64,000 nucleotides of DNA from assembly GCA_027487895.1 (NCBI GenBank), contig JAIYCS010000018.1, positions 37,995 through 101,994 of the forward strand, given 5' to 3'. Position numbers and translations under genes: made by a program. This DNA comes from Sediminibacterium sp. (GTDB taxonomy: Bacteria; Bacteroidota; Bacteroidia; Chitinophagales; Chitinophagaceae). Each line of letters opens with the position of its first letter. Position 1 is the first letter of the stretch. Under the pieces are notes generated by a model, which was given only the letters and a program-made list of their open reading frames with translations, made no database searches and was not told where the DNA came from. Of the stretch, positions 1 through 7,615 are shown piece by piece.

Positions 1-322
1 CAATAGCAATCATGAGTGGCGTTTTAGCAAGTGATTGATACGTGTTGGTTAACATCGCTTGCCTAATAGGTCCTCCCTGAAAAAAACACAAACCACCCAC
101 ATTGTATTTGGTTACTAAATCTGTAACTTCTTTTACATGCGCTTCACCCAAATTACTATGCGCTCTTACAATCATAAGTTGTGCAATACGCTCCTCGGGG
201 GTTAATTTAGTAAACTGAGCATTTACCCAAGCTTCAGATGCCTCTGATTTTTCTGAAAAACGTTGTGCCTTACTAGATAAAATAGAGCATCCTAAAAGTG
301 TAATGAGTAATAATTTTTTCAT
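1..322 (-). CDS. glycoside hydrolase family 3 (beta-hexosaminidase/NagZ-like), N-terminal fragment; gene continues beyond the left edge
   Basis: Own translation of the minus strand from ATG at 322-320: MKKLLLITLLGCSILSSKAQ (signal peptide), then ...RIAQLMIVRAHSN...KYNVGGLCFFQGGP...AKTPLMIAI. This is the usual GH3 N-terminal pattern. It is absent from the ORF track because it is edge-truncated. Confidence 0.65.
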   Translation of the reverse strand, partial: MKKLLLITLLGCSILSSKAQRFSEKSEASEAWVNAQFTKLTPEERIAQLMIVRAHSNLGEAHVKEVTDLVTKYNVGGLCFFQGGPIRQAMLTNTYQSLAKTPLMIAI

Positions 323-381
323 GGCCGTTTATTGAGTGTCACAATGTAAGATTTATAGCAATTTATTGGTTAGGTAGGGGC

Positions 382-414
382 AAAAAAAAGTCGCAAGAGA
401 CAAGCTTTTGCGAC
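382..414 (-). terminator. rho-independent terminator downstream of the 436-846 gene
   Basis: On the minus strand, GTCGCAA (414-408) pairs with TTGCGAC (396-390) across an 11-nt loop, followed by a run of 8 T (389-382). It lies 22 nt after the stop codon. Confidence 0.6.
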
Positions 415-435
415 CTTATATAAGATTTATGAATT

Positions 436-846
436 TTATGCTTCGGTTTCGTCTTCTGGCTCTTCGGTTAATTTCATTTCAATGTTGTTGGCCTTTAAAA
501 TGCCAAACCATTTTACCATCTTTTTCATATCGCTAGGATATACACGGTCAAAGTCCATATCGGCATATACTTTTTTAAAGTAAGCCACAATAGCTGCAGG
601 GTCTTTTTCGGAAGGAAGGGCCTCTTTTGAAGCCAACATGGTTTGAAAAAGCTCCACCAAATTGATATTATCACGAACGGTATAGACTTCGATGCTTTCG
701 AGGTGCGAGAAATTGTGAACGCGACTGCTCACAAATTTTGTGGTTTGATCTTCTAATGACCTTACGATGGCACCATCTGTTTTGCTAGCCACCATTTCAA
801 ATAGACCACTAAGGCCAGAGATTGATACTAAATTACTATACTCCAT
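436..846 (-). CDS. conserved Bacteroidota hypothetical protein (resembles the DUF5606 family from memory)
   Basis: 136-aa ORF with ATG start, acidic C-terminal tail and its own terminator. The family name is recalled, not verified. Confidence 0.6.
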   Translation of the reverse strand: MEYSNLVSISGLSGLFEMVASKTDGAIVRSLEDQTTKFVSSRVHNFSHLESIEVYTVRDNINLVELFQTMLASKEALPSEKDPAAIVAYFKKVYADMDFDRVYPSDMKKMVKWFGILKANNIEMKLTEEPEDETEA

Positions 847-897
847 ATGCTTTGTTTACGTTGTGCAAAGTAAAGGTAAAATCAGGTTAAAAAACCA

Positions 898-1551
898 CTA
901 AATCGTTTTTGCTGCTTCCCCTAATGCTAGATCAAGTCGAGATTTCAGTGTTTCGTAATCGGTGTAACCCCTTGCCAACAAATGAAATTTTGATTCATTG
1001 ACTTGTAATAATACGCATGGAAAACCTGTTACTTGTAGTTGCTTAACAAGCGAAAACTCATAGTGGGCCTGGTCTTTATAGGTTTCACTGCTTAGCTTTT
1101 CATAAAATGTTTCGGGTGCAATACTATATTTTTCGAGTAGGTGCCTGTAGGCTTCATTGTCCGTTAAATCACGACCTTCGTAGTGTAGTGCAATTTGTAA
1201 ATCAGTGGCAAACTCTACCTGCCTTTCTGGATAAAACTCCTTAAATATGCAAAGTGCGATAGCCGCTTTTTCGGAATGCGGGAACCAGTCACTTAATTCA
1301 GGATTTTTGATATGCCATAAGTAGTCTTCACCAAATTCTACACCTGCCAATTCCTCCACATTTTTATAGGCACCTAAAATATAATGCGCGGTAGCGCTAA
1401 TAGAAACCGGTTTTTCAGGCATGATCATACCGCCCGAAAGCACTTCTATAGGAAGATTGGGGTAGTTTTCGGCTATTTTTTTGATAACGGGGCAAAAACC
1501 ATAGCACCAGCCACAATAAGCGTCGTAGCAATAAAATAAGGTTGGATTCAT
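898..1551 (-). CDS. DsbA-family thioredoxin-fold protein
   Basis: CGWC (CxxC) motif in MNPTLFYCYDAYCGWCYGF near the N-terminus. The ORF-track start at 1575 is a TTG, so I prefer the ATG at 1551. Confidence 0.75.
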   Translation of the reverse strand: MNPTLFYCYDAYCGWCYGFCPVIKKIAENYPNLPIEVLSGGMIMPEKPVSISATAHYILGAYKNVEELAGVEFGEDYLWHIKNPELSDWFPHSEKAAIALCIFKEFYPERQVEFATDLQIALHYEGRDLTDNEAYRHLLEKYSIAPETFYEKLSSETYKDQAHYEFSLVKQLQVTGFPCVLLQVNESKFHLLARGYTDYETLKSRLDLALGEAAKTI

Positions 1552-1592
1552 AAAGCAAAGATAATGCCAATACAAGATGCGACTAAGTTCTT

Positions 1593-1600
1593 TACCTTTG
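1593..1600 (+). promoter_or_regulatory. candidate Bacteroidota -7 promoter box (TAnnTTTG) for the degT-like/rpoN unit
   Basis: TACCTTTG lies 17 nt upstream of the ATG at 1618. No clear -33 TTTG was seen. Confidence 0.35.
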
Positions 1601-1617
1601 CATTCTAAACATTTTAT

Positions 1618-2814
1618 ATGCCAGGATTTGAATTTTTTGGTGACGAAGAAAGAAAAGAAGTGAATGAGGTATTAGAAACCGGAATTCTCATGCGTTATGG
1701 GTTTGATGGTCCTCGAAAAGGGATCTGGAAATCCAAAGAATTGGAGGCTGCCGTTTCAACTGTTTTTGGTTGCGCACACGCGCAATTGACCTCTAGCGGT
1801 ACTGCGGCACTCACAACCGCCATGGCGGCATTAGGCATTGGTGTTGGCGACGAGGTGATCATGCCATCTTTTACTTTTGTGGCAAGTTTTGAAGCCATTT
1901 TAAGTGTTGGCGCTGTGCCCGTATTGGTAGACATTGATGAAACATTAACGCTAGATCCAGCCGCTGTTAAAGCCGCCATTACGCCAAAAACAAAATGCGT
2001 CATGCCCGTTCATATGTGCGGCAGCATGGCCGATATGGATGCGCTTCAACAAATTTGCACCGACCACAATTTAATATTATTAGAAGACGCTTGTCAGAGT
2101 ATTGGCGGCACGTATAAAGGAAAAAAATTGGGTACCATTGGTGCCGCAGGCACTTTTTCTTTTGACTTTGTAAAAACAATTACTTGCGGAGAAGGCGGTG
2201 TTGTAATGACAAACGATAAAGACGTGTACACCAAATGTGACGCCTACACCGATCATGGACATGACCACCTTGGCGTAGACCGCGGTGCCGACCTGCATCC
2301 ATTTATTGGATACAATTTTAGAATCAGTGAATTGCACGCTGCCGTTGGGTTAGCGCAAATTAAAAAGCTCGATACTTTTTTAGCTATCCAACGAAAAAAC
2401 AACAAATTATTACGCAGTTATTTAGCGCAGGTTCCGGGTATTCAATTTAGATCAGTACCTGATGAAGCCGGCGATAGCTGTAGTTTTTTATCTTGGATGC
2501 TTCCCACAGAAGCAAGTACCAAAGCTGCTATCGAGTCATTGAAAGAAGCAGGGGTTTTTGCTGGTAATTTTTACTGGTACGCAAATAACTGGCACTATAT
2601 TACCAAGTGGGATCATTTAAAAAATGCTACAACACTGAACCGATTAAATGACGATCAAACAACTGCTTTACTCGCTTTACAGAGCAGGTCTTTTGCAAAA
2701 AGTGACGCTATCATGAGCCGAACTGTTTCTACTGCCATTAGTTTACTATGGACAGAAGATCAAATAAAAGAGAAGGGAGAAAAAATGTTGGCTGCCATTA
2801 CCAAAGTATTATAA
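1618..2814 (+). CDS. DegT/DnrJ/EryC1/StrS-family PLP-dependent aminotransferase
   Basis: 398 aa. SFDFVKTITCGEGG contains the family PLP-lysine context; GTAALT and MPSFTF blocks are present. Confidence 0.85.
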   Translation: MPGFEFFGDEERKEVNEVLETGILMRYGFDGPRKGIWKSKELEAAVSTVFGCAHAQLTSSGTAALTTAMAALGIGVGDEVIMPSFTFVASFEAILSVGAVPVLVDIDETLTLDPAAVKAAITPKTKCVMPVHMCGSMADMDALQQICTDHNLILLEDACQSIGGTYKGKKLGTIGAAGTFSFDFVKTITCGEGGVVMTNDKDVYTKCDAYTDHGHDHLGVDRGADLHPFIGYNFRISELHAAVGLAQIKKLDTFLAIQRKNNKLLRSYLAQVPGIQFRSVPDEAGDSCSFLSWMLPTEASTKAAIESLKEAGVFAGNFYWYANNWHYITKWDHLKNATTLNRLNDDQTTALLALQSRSFAKSDAIMSRTVSTAISLLWTEDQIKEKGEKMLAAITKVL

Positions 2815-2831
2815 TTACTTGAATTTCACGG

Positions 2832-4316
2832 ATGTCTTTAAGTCAATCTTTTCAGCAAAAATTATTACAAAAGCTATCTCCCCAGCAGATTCAGCTTATG
2901 AAACTGTTGCAGGTGCCTACTGCTAATTTGGAAGAAAGGATTCAATCCGAATTAGAAGAAAATCCGGCACTCGAAATGGCCGATGGCGAAAAAGATGTTG
3001 AGTTTGGAGAAGATATAGATAACGAATTTGAATCTGAAATAGCTGATGATGAGCCGGCTCCTATAGATGAATATGACCCTTTGGACGAAAGCGAATTTAT
3101 TGTCGATGATGATGGTGAAATTGCAGACTATAAATTAAAGGATGACAATTATCCTGAAATGGATGACAACGCCGTTATTCCGATTAAAATTGAAACGAGT
3201 TTTCATGAATTATTAACGGATCAATTGGGCATGTTAGAGCTTGATGAACGTGATTATACGATTGCAGAACAAGTTTTAGGTAGTTTAGATGATGATGGTT
3301 ATTTGCGCAGAGCACTTAGTTCAATTGCAGATGATTTAGCCTTTAGACAAGGCATAGAAGTAAGTGAAAAAGAGATTGAAAAAATTGTTGTACGCATACA
3401 AGAATTTGATCCAGCAGGCATTGGCGCTAGAGATTTACAAGAGTGCCTTTTACTTCAATTAAAAAGAAAAAAATCGGAAGGAAAATCGGTGCAACTCGCC
3501 ATTACGATTCTTACAAAATATTTTGAAGAGTTTACCAAAAAGCACTATGAAAAAATTCAGCGTCAACTTGAATTAACCGATGCCGAAATAAAAGAGGTAG
3601 TGGGGCAAATTATAAAATTAAACCCCAAGCCAGGCGGCAATTTTACAAATGTTGATAAGGCGCAAACCTATATCATACCTGATTTTTATGTACTTAACAA
3701 TGGTGGTCAATTAGAGCTCACATTGAATAGCAGGAATGCACCTGATCTTCGCGTTAGTGAAGGCTACCGCGACATGTTAAAGGACTATGAGAAAGGCAGT
3801 AAAAAAGATCCGCGCCAAAAAGAAGCAGTGCTTTTCATCAAACAAAAAATTGATGCAGCCAAGTGGTTTATTGATATGATTGAACAGCGTCAAGCAACGC
3901 TTACAAATACAATGAAAGCAATTTTAGTACACCAAAAAGCTTTCTTTTTATCTGGTGATGAAACTGCGTTAAGGCCCATGATTTTAAAAGATATTGCGCT
4001 TCAAACGGGATTGGATATTTCTACGGTAAGCAGGGTTGCTAATAGAAAGTTTGTTCAAACAGAGTTTGGCACTTTCAGGCTTAAATTTTTCTTTAGTGAA
4101 TCTTTAAGTACAGATACTGGAGAAGAAGTGAGCACTAGGGAGGTTAAAAAAATATTAAGCGAGCTCATAGAATCTGAAGAAAAACAGGTTCCACTCAGTG
4201 ATGAAATATTAACTGATATGCTGCAGCAAAAAGGCTATAATATTGCAAGAAGAACGGTTGCAAAATATAGAGAGCAGTTGCATATTCCTGTTGCACGTTT
4301 ACGAAAAGAATTATAA
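2832..4316 (+). CDS. rpoN: RNA polymerase sigma-54 factor
   Basis: 494 aa with an N-terminal Q/L-rich region (QQKLLQKLSPQQIQLMKLLQ), an acidic linker and the C-terminal RpoN box ARRTVAKYR. Confidence 0.95.
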   Translation: MSLSQSFQQKLLQKLSPQQIQLMKLLQVPTANLEERIQSELEENPALEMADGEKDVEFGEDIDNEFESEIADDEPAPIDEYDPLDESEFIVDDDGEIADYKLKDDNYPEMDDNAVIPIKIETSFHELLTDQLGMLELDERDYTIAEQVLGSLDDDGYLRRALSSIADDLAFRQGIEVSEKEIEKIVVRIQEFDPAGIGARDLQECLLLQLKRKKSEGKSVQLAITILTKYFEEFTKKHYEKIQRQLELTDAEIKEVVGQIIKLNPKPGGNFTNVDKAQTYIIPDFYVLNNGGQLELTLNSRNAPDLRVSEGYRDMLKDYEKGSKKDPRQKEAVLFIKQKIDAAKWFIDMIEQRQATLTNTMKAILVHQKAFFLSGDETALRPMILKDIALQTGLDISTVSRVANRKFVQTEFGTFRLKFFFSESLSTDTGEEVSTREVKKILSELIESEEKQVPLSDEILTDMLQQKGYNIARRTVAKYREQLHIPVARLRKEL

Positions 4317-4321
4317 GATAC

Positions 4322-4972
4322 ATGACAACAACTACGACTACTTCAACGCATCCCATCCTTCGCTTTTTGGCGCAAGTTGTTTCCTATGTTCTACATCCGT
4401 TATTTATACCAACGTACATTTTTTTGTTACTCATGACGCTTTTCCCGTATGAGTTTGCAGGAATTACAGCTTGGCAGTTAAAGCTTCGTTTATTTAGTGT
4501 GTTTTGGATGACTGCCTTTTTTCCAGCTTTTGCAGTTTTTTTATTGTGGCGTCTTAAGTTTTCTGAAAGCATTTATTTACGCACCCAAAAAGAACGTATT
4601 ATACCATATATCATCACCATGTTTTTTTATTGGTGGATGCACTACCTCAGTAGAAATTTTACAGACCAGCCAATGGTCTTACAATTTTTTTATACGGGTA
4701 TTTTTATGGCTACTTCTGTAGGACTTATTGCAAACAATTTTTATAAAATTAGTTTGCATGGCATTGGTATGGGAGGAGCTAGCATGGCTGTTATTTTGTT
4801 TGCATTTTATTATCATCAGCCACTGGGCCTCGTTATTGCTGGCGTGTTATTGCTTACAGGCATCGTTGCATCTAGCAGGTTGTATGTTTCTGATCACTCT
4901 CAAAAAGAGGTATACATGGGATTGCTAGTGGGCGCCCTTTGTCAGGCTGCTGCCTATTTCTTTGTTATGTAG
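4322..4972 (+). CDS. integral membrane protein, PAP2-phosphatase-like (tentative)
   Basis: 216 aa with about 6 hydrophobic spans. SRLYVSDHSQKE fits PAP2 motif C3 (SRx5Hx3[D/E]), and SLHG may be a degenerate C2. Other motifs are weak. Confidence 0.5.
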   Translation: MTTTTTTSTHPILRFLAQVVSYVLHPLFIPTYIFLLLMTLFPYEFAGITAWQLKLRLFSVFWMTAFFPAFAVFLLWRLKFSESIYLRTQKERIIPYIITMFFYWWMHYLSRNFTDQPMVLQFFYTGIFMATSVGLIANNFYKISLHGIGMGGASMAVILFAFYYHQPLGLVIAGVLLLTGIVASSRLYVSDHSQKEVYMGLLVGALCQAAAYFFVM

Positions 4973-5031
4973 ATAAAGGAAAACTGAGTTTTTTATCCGA
5001 CTTTTGCTGCGCAAAACAAAATCCCTCTATT

Positions 5032-7365
5032 ATGTGGTATACTTTAGGACAGTGGATCATCAAACGTCGCGTTTTTTTACTCCTTGCCTTATTGGGTAGT
5101 ACCTGTTTTATGGGGTACCATGCTTCTAAAGTGTCACTCAGTTACGAGTTCACTAGAGCAATTCCTACCGATAATCCAAAGTATCAGGATTATCAAGCAT
5201 TTTTAAAGCGTTTTGGCACAGATGGTAACACCATGGTGGTGGGTTTTGAAACAGATCATTTTTATGAGAAGTCTTATTTTAATGCAGTAGCCGATTTACA
5301 AAAAAAAATCAAAAGCCTAAGGGGGGTAACAGCTATCCTAAATATTCCTGATGTAGTTAATCTAATCAATGACACTGCAAACGCACAATTTAAATCTATA
5401 AAAATATTTACGCCGCCTTATAGCAATCAAGCAGCTTTAGATAGTGCGGCATTTATTTTTAAGTCGCTACCATTTTATAAAACATTACTCTATAGCCCAA
5501 ATTCAAATGCTTATTTGATGGGGGTTTCACTTGATGGTGCTATCATTAATTCAAAAAACAGATCAGCACTTGTCAACGATATCAATGCCGCGATTCAAGC
5601 TTTTGAAAAAGAAACAAGTTCGTCGGTACATTTAAGTGGACTTCCCTACATAAGAACCATTGTTGCAGATAGGATCAAAAAGGAAATGAATGTTTTTTTA
5701 ATTGCTTCCTTTGTTTTGTCGGCATTAACACTGCTCTTATTTTTTAGATCCATAAGTGCCATGCTTATGAGTATGGTAGTGGTTGCGATTGGCGTGGTAT
5801 GGAGCCTCGGAACCGTTGTTTTATTTGGTTATAAAATAACACTGCTAACAGCCCTCATACCGCCGCTTGTGGTTGTGATTGGTATTCCAAATTGTATTTA
5901 CTTTTTTAACAAATACCATACTGCCTTTTTAGAACTCAAAGACAAAGACAAAGCCATTATTACCATGGTTGGTCGAATGGGTATTGTAACCCTGTTTTGC
6001 AATATTGCAGCTGCTATTGGTTTTGCTGTTTTTGCTTTAACAAAAAGTGCCCTCTTAAAAGAATTTGGACTCGTAGCAGGCATCAATATCATGGTGTTAT
6101 TTTTTATATCACTTGTATTTATACCTGCAGTACTCAGTTATTTGCCAGCACCTAAAGAAAAACACACCCGCTACCTAGACAATAAAATTTTAGAAAAACT
6201 ACTTGTAAAAATTGAACGTTGGACCTTTCATCATGCACGCTGGGTTTATGGGGTAACCATTGTCATTACTGCATTTGCGCTTGTTGGCATGGGTAAATTA
6301 AAGTCGGAAGGATTTATTGTTGATGACCTACCTAAGCAAGATAAAATTTACACAGATCTGAAATGGTTTGAACAAAATTTTGGAGGTGTGATGCCACTTG
6401 AAATAATGGTGGATACCAAAAAGAAAAATGGTTTACTCAGAACTACACAACCTATTTCAAAAATTGAAGAGTTGTCTGTGTACATAGCGCAGCATCCTGA
6501 AACAGCAAGGCCGCTTTCATTTGTTGAAGGATTAAAATTTGCAAAGCAGGCTTATTATGATGGTGATACCTTAAGTTATGATATCCCATATGAGGGTGAC
6601 CTCGCCTTTATGGGACCTTATTTAAAATCACCGGCTCCACAAGATTCGGGTGCTCAAATAAAAAAAGAGGGCGTTGCAAAACTGCTTAATAGTTTTATGG
6701 ATAGTGCAAAGCAGGTAGCACGTATCAGTGTAAATATGAAAGATATTGGAAGTGCTAAACTTCCAATACTTGTTAAAGATTTTGAAACAAAAGCCAATGA
6801 AATTTTTGATACGGCGCATTATAAAGTAACATTTACCGGCAGTACCATTACATTTTTAGAAGGCTCTAGTTTTATTATTAAAGGTTTACAAGAGAGTATT
6901 GTTTGGGCTTTTTTACTCATTGCACTTTGTATGCTTTATTTATTTCGATCTATGCGCATCTTACTTTGCTCCTTAATACCCAATGTTATTCCGCTCGTGA
7001 TTACGGCGGGCATCATGGGTTGGGCGGGTATCGCATTAAAGCCTTCTACCGTTTTGATTTTTAGTATTGCACTTGGCATCGCAATAGATGTAACCATCCG
7101 TTTTTTAATCAATTACAAACAGGAGCTACCACATTACAACAATCAGGTAAGTCCAACCCTCATTCAAACCATTAAACACACGGGTATAAGTATTATTTAC
7201 ACGTCTCTTGTGCTGATTGCCGGTTTTATTATCTTTTGTATCAGTGATTTTGGGGGTACCAAGGCGCTTGGATGGCTCACTTCATTAACCCTTATAGTGG
7301 GTACTTTAACCAATTTAATCCTACTTCCGGTGCTTATTTTGCACTTCCAGAAGCGAAAAAAATAA
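5032..7365 (+). CDS. RND-superfamily / MMPL-type transporter permease
   Basis: Two blocks of about 6 TM helices, each preceded by a large soluble loop, with length typical of MMPL/HpnN-like exporters. Start moved to the ATG at 5032, because the track start at 4939 is a TTG inside the upstream gene. Confidence 0.8.
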   Translation: MWYTLGQWIIKRRVFLLLALLGSTCFMGYHASKVSLSYEFTRAIPTDNPKYQDYQAFLKRFGTDGNTMVVGFETDHFYEKSYFNAVADLQKKIKSLRGVTAILNIPDVVNLINDTANAQFKSIKIFTPPYSNQAALDSAAFIFKSLPFYKTLLYSPNSNAYLMGVSLDGAIINSKNRSALVNDINAAIQAFEKETSSSVHLSGLPYIRTIVADRIKKEMNVFLIASFVLSALTLLLFFRSISAMLMSMVVVAIGVVWSLGTVVLFGYKITLLTALIPPLVVVIGIPNCIYFFNKYHTAFLELKDKDKAIITMVGRMGIVTLFCNIAAAIGFAVFALTKSALLKEFGLVAGINIMVLFFISLVFIPAVLSYLPAPKEKHTRYLDNKILEKLLVKIERWTFHHARWVYGVTIVITAFALVGMGKLKSEGFIVDDLPKQDKIYTDLKWFEQNFGGVMPLEIMVDTKKKNGLLRTTQPISKIEELSVYIAQHPETARPLSFVEGLKFAKQAYYDGDTLSYDIPYEGDLAFMGPYLKSPAPQDSGAQIKKEGVAKLLNSFMDSAKQVARISVNMKDIGSAKLPILVKDFETKANEIFDTAHYKVTFTGSTITFLEGSSFIIKGLQESIVWAFLLIALCMLYLFRSMRILLCSLIPNVIPLVITAGIMGWAGIALKPSTVLIFSIALGIAIDVTIRFLINYKQELPHYNNQVSPTLIQTIKHTGISIIYTSLVLIAGFIIFCISDFGGTKALGWLTSLTLIVGTLTNLILLPVLILHFQKRKK

Positions 7366-7615
7366 CAGAATTTAAGTACAAAATGGTTTTGTTTAAATAT
7401 TGATAGATAAGGGTTATCATATGTTAAACATATTTAATATGTTTATACTTAATTCTATGTTACTGGTTTTCAGTAATTTATAAATCATTTTTTACTTAAT
7501 AGTGCTTAATTCGGTCAAAAACGAAGAAATACTAGTAATAACCGCATGTAAAAGGGGTGGTTTTGTTAATATTTTATTAAATTAGCGTCTGCATTTTTAC
7601 ATTAAAAACCAAAAT

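Noticed and set aside
4939-5031. N-terminal extension of the MMPL ORF (track start at 4939)
   Set aside because: It begins with TTG inside the preceding gene and encodes a Cys-rich non-membrane peptide. The ATG at 5032 gives a normal MWYTLGQWIIKRR...TM1 start. Similar trimming was applied at 1575, 14798, 20946, 31245, 31276, 40154, 40252, 41756, 44109 and 44422.
7421-7483. 20-codon hydrophobic ORF (MLNIFNMFILNSMLLVFSNL) in the susC leader
   Set aside because: It is a short ORF in very AT-rich DNA, where such frames arise by chance. There is no supporting signal, and it overlaps the inverted repeats reported separately.
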